Source: an uncultured Caldilineales bacterium
GTDB lineage: Bacteria > Chloroflexota > Anaerolineae > J102
DNA: 17,528 nt
Reading direction: 5' to 3'
Assembly (NCBI GenBank): GCA_964565065.1
Contig: CAZMDD010000069.1
Coordinates: forward strand, 1-17,528
Shown here: piece by piece, positions 1-6,825 of the stretch
Numbering within the stretch: position 1 is the stretch's first letter
Layout: every line of letters begins with the position of its first letter
Made by a program: the position numbers and the translations under genes
Notes under the pieces: generated by a model
Database searches by the model: none
What the model was told of the DNA's origin: nothing
What the model saw: only the letters and a program-made list of their open reading frames with translations

Positions 1-18
1 TTTTTGAGGATTTAGGCA

Positions 19-654
19 TTAGAGCCAGCCCAGACCTACGCCAAAAAGCAATACCAGGCCCGCTATCAAACTCCACTGAATGCCGACAGTTTTCATCTGC
101 TTTTTGGGGTCGTTCATATCATGCACCCAAAAGGCGATGACAAAGAACCACAAATAGCCAAAAAGGTAAATCAGCAAGGGGGAATTAGCATCCCACCAGG
201 GCCAATCCCAGGTAAGCACCCCAATTTTGTTAAGAAGTAGCTCGACGATGACGCTTACCGCTGAGCCACCCAGCGCAACGGTCCAGCGATTGGGCAAGCC
301 CAGCAGTTTGGTTTTGGGGTCGGGCAGCAAGAATTTACCCCAGGCAATGCCGGCAATGGCGAACATGAACATAATTTCGATATTCAGGCCGATGAGGATG
401 ACATAGGCGGATGAGCCAGGTGTGCCCCACAATGGTGCGTAACCGGTGAGATGAAAGAAGATGCTGTTGAGAATTTCGTTGATCCAGTCGGCTCCCCAAT
501 AGGCCAGGCCTGCAAACACCAAATTCCAGCGCCCGGCAAAGATCTCGGAACCATAGATGTAAACGGTGAGTCCCAGCAATGAAACGACATACCATTGAAA
601 ATGGCTGGCATCCCGTAAGACTTCCAATGCTTGTCGAGCCGATTCTGTAGGCAT
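19..654 (-). CDS. Hypothetical polytopic integral membrane protein (about 5-6 predicted TM helices, Trp-rich 'WDWPWWD' segment). It is probably the second gene of an operon with the upstream kinase-fusion gene.
   Basis: Complete 211-aa ORF. The hydrophobic segment pattern is consistent with multiple TM helices. On the minus strand, GGAG lies 6 nt upstream of the ATG, and only 16 nt separate it from the stop of the 671-2425 gene. I did not recognise the family. Confidence 0.7.
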   Translation of the reverse strand: MPTESARQALEVLRDASHFQWYVVSLLGLTVYIYGSEIFAGRWNLVFAGLAYWGADWINEILNSIFFHLTGYAPLWGTPGSSAYVILIGLNIEIMFMFAIAGIAWGKFLLPDPKTKLLGLPNRWTVALGGSAVSVIVELLLNKIGVLTWDWPWWDANSPLLIYLFGYLWFFVIAFWVHDMNDPKKQMKTVGIQWSLIAGLVLLFGVGLGWL

Positions 655-670
655 GAGCTCTCCTTTTGGC

Positions 671-2425
671 TTAGATTTCGGGGGTTATCCAGGGGCGATA
701 ATCTTCGAGGATGGAGCCGCCCAAAAATTCACGCAGGATGGAATCGGAGGGAACGTGATCGGGGCTGGCAGGACGGAACCAGCGCAGTAGCGAAAGCAAA
801 CGCTTCGCTTCGATCCATTCTCGGGTTTCAGGGTCGATTTGGCGCAACAGGGGGAGCACCAGGGGTTGCAGCATGGCCAGTTCGTAGGGCAACGCCGAGT
901 TGAACATGATGTCGGCATTGTTCTGATAGGGGAAAATCCATTTACGTTCGCCTCGGCGCACACTTTCCCAGCGGGCAATGGTATCGGAGGCTGAATAGCC
1001 GCGGCTGCGGGCATCTCGCACAATGCGACGGATGAGGCGTACATCGGTGGTAGAGATACGGTTGTAGCGATCCAGGTTGAGCTGTGCCAAATCGCTGATG
1101 TAGATGCGGAAGCAGACATTGGCATCGACTTGGGGCAGCAAGTCGGGGTTCAGGGCATGAATGCCTTCGATGAGCAGCACATGCTTGGGGGTGATGCGAA
1201 TTTTGGACCCGGCGCCACGTTCGCCCGTGGTGAAATCGAATTTCGGTTGGATGATTTCTTGACCGGCAATCAGTGCGTTGATTTGCTTGTTGAGATAAGC
1301 AACATCGACCGCATGCAGCGATTCAAAATCATAGTCGCCATTTTCATCGCGTGGTGTGTGCGCCCGGTCGACAAAGTAGTTATCCACACTGATGGGCATG
1401 GGGCGCAATCCTACGGCCAGCAGGCGCACAGCCAGACGCCGGGCAAAGGTCGTTTTGCCCGAAGAGGAGGGCCCGGCAATCAAAATGACGCGCACCCGTT
1501 CTTTTTGTCGGGCAATGTCATCGGCAATTTCGCTGATGTGCTGTTCGTGCAGCGATTCAGAGACCAGGATAGCTTCGGTGAGCTGGCCCGACTCGATAAC
1601 TTCGTTCAGGCCCGCCACATTGCGGATGCCCAGCCGCCGCAGCCAGCGACTGTATTGGTTGAATATCTGAAAAAGTGGCGTTGGCGCGGTGTAGGGTTGG
1701 ATGGTGGTGGGGGTGTCTTGATGTGGAAAGCGCAGTAAAAAACCACCATCGGCAGGTTCGATGGCGAAATGGCGCAAATACCTGGTGTTGGGGGCCATGT
1801 AGCCATGAAAGTAATCTTTGGTCTCTAACAATTCGTAGACAATGAGATCTGGCTTGCGCCGTTGTTTGAGTAGCGCCAGTTTTTCTTCATCTCCGGCATC
1901 GGCAAAGATTTGGATGGCTTTTTCGATGGAAACCCGGCTGCGGCGGATGGGAAGTTGTGCGTCGACAACTTCTTGCATCTTTTGCTCAAGTTGAGCCAGC
2001 TCATCGGTGGTGAAGGGCTCGCGGCCAGCGATGCGGCAATAGTAGCCACCATTGACCACAGAATGCTCGACATAAACCCGGGCCTCGGGAAAAATTCGGT
2101 TGGCCACAGCAATCATCATAAAGGTGAGCGAGCGTCGATAGATACGGGCCCCATCGGCAGTGTTCAGTCGGATGCGGCGCACAGAAGCGTCATGTGTCAT
2201 GCGCCGCGAGAGTTCCGAGAGCTTGTTGCCGACAATGGCGGCAATGGCCTGCGGGCGTGGGTCATTTTGCGAGGCCGCCTGCACAAAGGCCTCTAGCGGT
2301 GTACCAACGGGCCCGGCCAATACCTGGCCCGATTCAAAGGTGAGTCGCACATCGTTGCGCGGTTCCGAAACATGAATGCTCATAGTTAGCTTCCGGGAAT
2401 TAGAGAGATTTGGACATGCAATCAT
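671..2425 (-). CDS. Fusion protein. The N-terminal half is ThrRS N-terminal-like: a TGS domain plus an N2 'editing-like' domain whose Zn-binding His/Cys positions are substituted. The C-terminal half is a uridine kinase / phosphoribulokinase-family P-loop kinase. An alternative start is at 2383 (MSIHV...).
   Basis: 584-aa ORF. Walker A 'GPSSSGKTT' matches the Udk/PRK type. The N-terminus reads 'VRLTFESGQVLAGPVGTPLEAF' (TGS-like). 'GGYYCRIA...FTTDELAQLEQKMQEVVDAQLPIRRSRVSIEKAIQIF' aligns to my recollection of E. coli ThrRS N2 (GFYYDVDL...LTQEDVEALEKRMHELAEK...). The positions that correspond to the ThrRS HxxxH and CxxxH zinc ligands are not conserved. Confidence 0.8.
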   Translation of the reverse strand: MIACPNLSNSRKLTMSIHVSEPRNDVRLTFESGQVLAGPVGTPLEAFVQAASQNDPRPQAIAAIVGNKLSELSRRMTHDASVRRIRLNTADGARIYRRSLTFMMIAVANRIFPEARVYVEHSVVNGGYYCRIAGREPFTTDELAQLEQKMQEVVDAQLPIRRSRVSIEKAIQIFADAGDEEKLALLKQRRKPDLIVYELLETKDYFHGYMAPNTRYLRHFAIEPADGGFLLRFPHQDTPTTIQPYTAPTPLFQIFNQYSRWLRRLGIRNVAGLNEVIESGQLTEAILVSESLHEQHISEIADDIARQKERVRVILIAGPSSSGKTTFARRLAVRLLAVGLRPMPISVDNYFVDRAHTPRDENGDYDFESLHAVDVAYLNKQINALIAGQEIIQPKFDFTTGERGAGSKIRITPKHVLLIEGIHALNPDLLPQVDANVCFRIYISDLAQLNLDRYNRISTTDVRLIRRIVRDARSRGYSASDTIARWESVRRGERKWIFPYQNNADIMFNSALPYELAMLQPLVLPLLRQIDPETREWIEAKRLLSLLRWFRPASPDHVPSDSILREFLGGSILEDYRPWITPEI

Positions 2426-2782
2426 ACGTCATCCTGGGCGGGAATGCAAACATGTATAAACCAGGGGTGTTTCGGATGTTTGCTCTCGCCTGCGCGTCAT
2501 GCGCCCGCGGGCAAGAAGATGCCGAATCGGGCACCATGGCCCATGTCGCGTTTGGCAACCACAACGCTCCAGCAGGTTTCGCCGTTTTTATGGGAAATCA
2601 TGGCCATAGTAAAATAGCGATGACATTTTTCTTCGGACAAAATGTTTTGACCAGTAGTGCAGTGGCGGTCTCTGCAACCTTTCACAATCATCAACTTATT
2701 TATGGTTGGTTATGCCCATGTTCGTCATAATGCGCACCTACTCAAGTACTGGCGGCTGGCAGAAATGAATTCGGTTCTAAAA

Positions 2783-2812
2783 TGTGCCATTGCAACCACA
2801 GATTTCTTATTG
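2783..2812. repeat. Fragment of intergenic repeat family 2 ('ttgcaaccacagatttcttattgg'). It overlaps the putative -35 region of the flotillin promoter.
   Basis: It shares 'GCAACCACAGAT(TTC)' with 5015-5040 and with 14864-14905. This is a direct reading of the sequence. Confidence 0.4.
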
Positions 2813-2839
2813 GCGAAAGTCAAGTGTTATAATTATAAT
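2804..2839 (+). promoter_or_regulatory. Putative sigma70-type promoter for the flotillin transcript. There are two overlapping candidates: an extended -10 'TGtTATAAT' at 2825-2833, or TTGGCG-N18-TATAAT at 2834-2839.
   Basis: Two perfect TATAAT hexamers sit at 2828-2833 and 2834-2839, with TG at 2825-2826 and a TTGGCG -35-like hexamer at 2810-2815. The predicted transcription start falls at about 2840-2847, which is the 5' end of repeat copy A. Confidence 0.35.
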
Positions 2840-2843
2840 TGGT

Positions 2844-2974
2844 AACGACTAACGTACCCGACTTCAATCACCGCAAAGACACTAAGAACACCAAGCATTT
2901 CAAAACTTTTTCTTTCTTTGTGCCTTTGTGGCTTCCTGTCTTAGTGGTTTCTAGCCGGGCTACCTTAGGAGTAA
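2844..2974 (+). repeat. Copy A of a 131-nt conserved intergenic element, a candidate structured RNA leader or MITE-like element. Its ends are imperfect terminal inverted repeats (AACGACTAACGTACCCG ... CGGGCTACCTTAGGAGTAA).
   Basis: It is about 94% identical (about 8 differences in 131 nt) to 9577-9707 in the same orientation. It lies 58 nt upstream of the flotillin start codon. The internal 11-bp hairpin arms CACUAAGAaCAC / GUGUCUUAGUG are conserved in both copies. Confidence 0.8.
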
Positions 2975-3032
2975 TGATTTTTTAAAGCTGTCTTAAAACA
3001 TGATTCGAGCCTGTCAGGCAGGAGGTGTGGTT

Positions 3033-4841
3033 ATGAATGTTGTAACATTAATTGTAGTGGTGGCTGCTGTTGTGGCTGTTTTGCTATTGCTATTTCGAGT
3101 TGGAACCAGGCTCATCGGCCTGGTGATTATCAGCGAAAATGAGGTGGGGGTTGTTATCCGCAAATTTGGCAAACCATTACCTCCGGGCAAATTGCTGGCG
3201 CTGAATAAAGAGGCTGGCTATCAGGCTGATACGCTGGCTCCGGGATGGCATTTTGGTTATTGGCTACCGCAGTTTAATGTAATAAAAGTACCTGTCACGG
3301 TGGTTCCACCCGGAGAGATTGCGCTGGTGGTGGCAGCGGATGGCGCATCGATTCCTGCTGAGCGCATTTTGGGCAAGGTGGTGGATTGCGATAATTTTCA
3401 GGATGCCCGCAAGTTTTTGACCAATGGCGGCGAAAAGGGACGCCAGTTGGGTATTCTCACCTCAGGAACGTATCGCATCAATACGGCACTGTTCAAAATC
3501 ATTTTGCGCCAAAATGCGGGCAGTATCGGCATGGACTCCGCTGAATTGCTGGTTTACACTGTTCATCCCGATAAAGTTGGCATTGTGACCACGCTGGACG
3601 GCAAGCCCATCGAAGAGGGTGAGATTGCCGGGCCTCCCATTTCGGGTCACGATAATTTTCAGAACGCGCAGGCTTTTTTGGAAAATGGCGGTCGCCGCGG
3701 TTTGCAGGAGCAAGTGTTGCTTTCTGGGTCGTGGAATCTGAACCCCTGGTTCGTCCAGGTCGAGCAATTACCCATGACCGAGATTCCCATTGGCTATGTG
3801 GGGATTGTCATCTCTTATGTTGGTAAGCCTATGGAGGATGTTAGTGGCGCGTCGTTCAAGCATGGCAATCTGGTCGAGCCGGGCCATAAGGGCGTTTGGG
3901 TTGTGCCCCTGAATCCTGGCAAACACCCCATCAATAGCCGTGTGATGAAGATTGAGCTGGTTCCCACAACCAACATCGTGCTCAATTGGGCTGTGCGTAA
4001 CGAAGCACATCGCTACGATGCCAATCTGTCTCCCATTACGGTGCGCTCGGGCGATGGCTTTGCTTTTAATATGGATGTTGCCCAAATTATCCACATCGGC
4101 TCACAAGAGGCTTCTAAAGTTATTTCCCGGGTGGGGTCTGTGCAAAATTTGGTGGATCATGTTTTGCAGCCCATTGTGGGCAATTACTTCCGCAATGCTG
4201 CCCAGCAATACACAGCTTTGGACTTTTTGGGAAGACGGGGCGAGCGGCAGAAAGAGGCGGCCAGTTATGTCCGCAAGGCTTTGCATACGTATGATGTGGA
4301 AGCGATCGATACGCTTATTGGCGACATTGCGCTGCCGGCGCAGTTGCTGGAGACGCAGACGAATAGGAAAATTGCCGAAGAGGAGCGCAAAACTTATGAA
4401 ATGCAGAAGATGGCGCAAGAGCAGCGGCAACTTTTGGTACGCGAAACATCTCTGGCCGATATTCAACGGGAAATGGTAAAGGCTGAGCGGGGTGTGCAAA
4501 TTGCCAAACTACAGGCCGATGCGACCATCGAGCAGGCTAAGGGTGATGCCGAAGCCACCCGTTTGCAGGCCGAAGGTGAAGCAGCCGCAATTTTGGCCAC
4601 AGGCAAGGCTAAGGCTACTGCGTATCGGGTAGGGGCTGAGGCTTTGGGCGAGCAACATTATGTGGCTTTGCAATTGATGCAGGTGGTCGGTAAAAGTGGC
4701 GTTCGCATTGTGCCCGATGTGTCGGTGAGTGGTGCGAATCATGGTGGCCTGGTGGACAGTTTGCTGGGCGTGATGCTGCATAATCAGATAAAGGAGGGAG
4801 GGTTGCTGCCAGAAGAAGCTGAAAGAACGCTTGCCGAGTAG
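3033..4841 (+). CDS. Flotillin-family (SPFH/band 7, YqiK-like) membrane protein. It has an N-terminal TM anchor, an internally duplicated 'DNFQ..FL.NGG' segment and a C-terminal Glu/Ala-rich coiled coil.
   Basis: The ORF track gives 3000-4841. I prefer the ATG at 3033 (MNVVTLIVVV...) because GGAGG sits at 3021-3025, 7 nt upstream of it. The C-terminal 'ERKTYEMQKMAQEQRQLLV...AKLQADATIEQAKGDAEATRLQAEGEAAAILATGKAKA' is typical of flotillins. Confidence 0.85.
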   Translation: MNVVTLIVVVAAVVAVLLLLFRVGTRLIGLVIISENEVGVVIRKFGKPLPPGKLLALNKEAGYQADTLAPGWHFGYWLPQFNVIKVPVTVVPPGEIALVVAADGASIPAERILGKVVDCDNFQDARKFLTNGGEKGRQLGILTSGTYRINTALFKIILRQNAGSIGMDSAELLVYTVHPDKVGIVTTLDGKPIEEGEIAGPPISGHDNFQNAQAFLENGGRRGLQEQVLLSGSWNLNPWFVQVEQLPMTEIPIGYVGIVISYVGKPMEDVSGASFKHGNLVEPGHKGVWVVPLNPGKHPINSRVMKIELVPTTNIVLNWAVRNEAHRYDANLSPITVRSGDGFAFNMDVAQIIHIGSQEASKVISRVGSVQNLVDHVLQPIVGNYFRNAAQQYTALDFLGRRGERQKEAASYVRKALHTYDVEAIDTLIGDIALPAQLLETQTNRKIAEEERKTYEMQKMAQEQRQLLVRETSLADIQREMVKAERGVQIAKLQADATIEQAKGDAEATRLQAEGEAAAILATGKAKATAYRVGAEALGEQHYVALQLMQVVGKSGVRIVPDVSVSGANHGGLVDSLLGVMLHNQIKEGGLLPEEAERTLAE

Positions 4842-4850
4842 TGTCTAAAA

Positions 4851-4909
4851 CCAAACGTACGGCGTACCTTCATCTGCCAGGTGCGCCGTACGTTGGCTAA
4901 TGTTTTTTT
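4851..4909 (+). terminator. Rho-independent terminator of the flotillin gene.
   Basis: The stem CCAAACGTACGGCG (4851-4864) pairs with CGCCGTACGTTGG (4884-4896), giving about 13 bp with one bulge. A T7 run follows at 4903-4909, and the TAG stop is at 4839-4841. Confidence 0.6.
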
Positions 4910-4949
4910 GGGCTTTAGTCAAAGCGCTGCGTTGTTAAGTAGCTGCGCA

Positions 4950-5120
4950 TTTGAACCTTGAGAAAAGGGCCTGCGTATCTCGACCAACGGCGAAGCTAGC
5001 TTTGCCGCCACGGCAACCACAGATGGCACAGATTTCGCAGATTTTTCTTGATGCTTTTTCCCTTTTTCTTGGTGCCTTGGTGCCTTTGAGCTCTTGGTGG
5101 TGCACTCCGGGTAGTAACGC
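4950..5120. repeat. Intergenic repeat family 2, locus X. The 5' part (4950-5060) is about 70-76% identical to 14808-14920 in direct orientation. The 3' part (5062-5120) resembles the 3' half of the 131-nt element (GTGCCTTGGTG...CCGGGTA).
   Basis: I aligned the two loci by hand. They share 'tttgaaNcttgagaaaagNgcctg', 'ggcaacc' and 'tttcttgatgcttttt'. In addition, 5019-5047 'CCACAGATGGCACAGATTTCGCAGATTTTT' is the reverse complement of 14916-14945, with 14 nt matching exactly. Confidence 0.6.
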
Positions 5121-5183
5121 ATCGTCGCATTTTAGCTTTCATAGCGTCACCTACTTAAGAGATCTTCCGAAGTCTACTTAGCA

Positions 5184-6203
5184 TCAATTTTTAATAGCAA
5201 AGGGTAAAAAGATGGGGTTGAGTGACGAGAGGGTGATGGTGGCTGAGGCTTCATCGGTGAGGTCGCCAGTATCGCGAATGACGATGCGTATGGTTTTTGG
5301 GCCCAGGCCATCAAAAGTGCGCTGATACACGCTCGACGCATTTTTCCAACTGGTATCGCAATCACCGCTGTTATCCCAATCGTAGCAGACTTCCAGATAG
5401 CTGATGTCATCCAAAGCATCGGTGCTGGCAGTGGGATCCAGGGTGAAGAGGGTGGTAAAATCGCCCGTCGTTGGTGTGATGCTGAGCCGGGCTGTGGGCG
5501 GTGCGTTGGGTTGTTCCGGTGTGACATCCACCGAGCAGGTGACGCTATCGGAGAGCATGCCGCGGTCGCGCACTTCGAGCTCGACTTCTTGAATGCCATG
5601 TCTGTTAAATTGGTGTGTTTGGTCTTGCGTGGCACTTTGCCAATCTGTGTCATACCCACCGCCGCTGTACCAGGCCCAACGAGCAGAAAGGTCGGCGGTG
5701 CTGTCTTGGGCATCGGTGCTGGTGGCGGCGCTAAAGGTGAAGGTCGTGCCAACCGGGCCCGAGGCGGGCGTTACGACGCAACGAGGAACGGGCGCTGTGT
5801 TAGAGCCAGGATCGCCTACCACGATGTCGTGGGTCACAGAATCGGTGGCGTCGTCATTGTCTTTTACCAACATGCGCACGGTGTAGGTTCCCGGGGTGTC
5901 GTAGCGGTGTCGAAGCGAAGGATTGGCGGGGTTGAGCCAGCTTGTATCATAAACACCATCATTCTCCCAATCATAACGAATCTGCAACCATTCCAGAGAG
6001 TCTTCGTTGTCGTGCGTGCTCGAAGGATCAAAGTAGTACCAAGTTCCTACTACGCCGCCGCTGGGTGGATCGATGGTGAAGGCTGCCACGGGCGGGGTGT
6101 TGGCGGGATGCAGGGGGGTGTTGCCGGCCACAACGGGCACGCTCAGAAAAATGAGCATCATCAGTAACGTCCATGCCAGACGCGTTGCCGATATGTGAAA
6201 CAT
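5184..6203 (-). CDS. Secreted protein with three tandem PKD domains and a signal peptide.
   Basis: Three repeats end in PKD-type motifs (YDWENDGVYDTSW, WAWYSGGGYDTDW and YDWDNSGDCDTSW). The ORF track starts it at 6221. On the minus strand GGAGG lies 10 nt upstream of the internal ATG at 6203 (MFHISATRLAWTLLMMLIFLSVPVVAG). That start gives a clean signal peptide. Confidence 0.8.
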   Translation of the reverse strand: MFHISATRLAWTLLMMLIFLSVPVVAGNTPLHPANTPPVAAFTIDPPSGGVVGTWYYFDPSSTHDNEDSLEWLQIRYDWENDGVYDTSWLNPANPSLRHRYDTPGTYTVRMLVKDNDDATDSVTHDIVVGDPGSNTAPVPRCVVTPASGPVGTTFTFSAATSTDAQDSTADLSARWAWYSGGGYDTDWQSATQDQTHQFNRHGIQEVELEVRDRGMLSDSVTCSVDVTPEQPNAPPTARLSITPTTGDFTTLFTLDPTASTDALDDISYLEVCYDWDNSGDCDTSWKNASSVYQRTFDGLGPKTIRIVIRDTGDLTDEASATITLSSLNPIFLPFAIKN

Positions 6204-6428
6204 TTTTGCAGCTACCTCCATATCATGGGAATGTAAAGATCTTACCTAATGTGCAACTTTTTATGACACATCAACGAGCTTATCAAGCATCTTCTGCTTA
6301 ACAAGCCGACGAAAATGGACGAAAGGACAAACGTGGAGGAAATAAAATCGTCCACATTCGTCTAATTGGGTCCATCTTCGTCATGGAAAAATGACAAGCT
6401 CGCAATTTGGAATTAGGAAACTTATTGC

Positions 6429-6445
6429 AAACGACTTAGTCGTTA
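6429..6445. repeat. A 'solo-termini' palindrome AACGACTtAGTCGTTAC. It equals the 5' end plus the 3' end of the 131-nt element with the internal roughly 115 nt absent.
   Basis: Observed sequence: aacgacttagtcgttac. Joining the copy B termini (aacgact | tagtcgtaac) predicts aacgacttagtcgtaac, which differs at one position. Confidence 0.45.
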
Positions 6446-6825
6446 CAAATTATCCACCACTACACACAACTTGAGTAAATTGTAAATGATTGTTGACAAA
6501 AAGATGAAATTTTATCTGTCGTTTTGTTGAACAGAATGGCTAGTTGTACAAAAAAAGCTTCATGGCAGTATGCTCAGTGTTGGTGTGAACCTCTGCATCC
6601 TTTCACCCCCGCCCGTCGAAAAACGTACCCAGGCGGGTCTGTGACTCGGCGGGTTGCCCATCCGCTCATGCACGTTCGCTCGCAGGGGCGAGAGCTTGAT
6701 GCACACACCCTGCCAACAAAGAACGCCGCCAAACCGATACAGGTACTTTCGGAAAGTGTAAAGAGTACGTTAAAATAGAGCTGATCGACACAAGTAGTTG
6801 ACCAACACGCCTTAGGAGCTTTAAC

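Noticed and set aside
2410-2845. ORFs of 106, 65 and 62 aa in the 2426-2999 intergenic region
   Set aside because: They sit in a divergent promoter region and have no SD. They overlap the predicted promoter and the repeat fragment. No motif support was found.
4919-5181. Two small ORFs (67 aa on the - strand, 76 aa on the + strand) in the flotillin/PKD intergenic region
   Set aside because: They overlap repeat family 2, which also occurs in non-coding contexts elsewhere. They have no RBS and their composition is dictated by the T-rich repeat. They are most likely non-coding.
5511-6167. 218-aa ORF on the + strand, plus other long antisense ORFs (for example 7283-7939, 7857-8237, 8685-9155, 12500-13015, 13163-13792, 15194-15904, 16505-17059 and 17182-17493)
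   Set aside because: Each lies entirely inside a well-supported gene on the opposite strand or in another frame. Each has an Arg/Pro/Gly-rich composition typical of shadow ORFs in GC-rich DNA. None has an RBS or a recognisable domain.
6524-6778. 84-aa ORF upstream of tkt
   Set aside because: It has no SD and a Cys/Trp/Arg-rich low-complexity composition. The region is more consistent with a structured GC-rich leader of tkt. It could be revisited if Ribo-seq shows translation.
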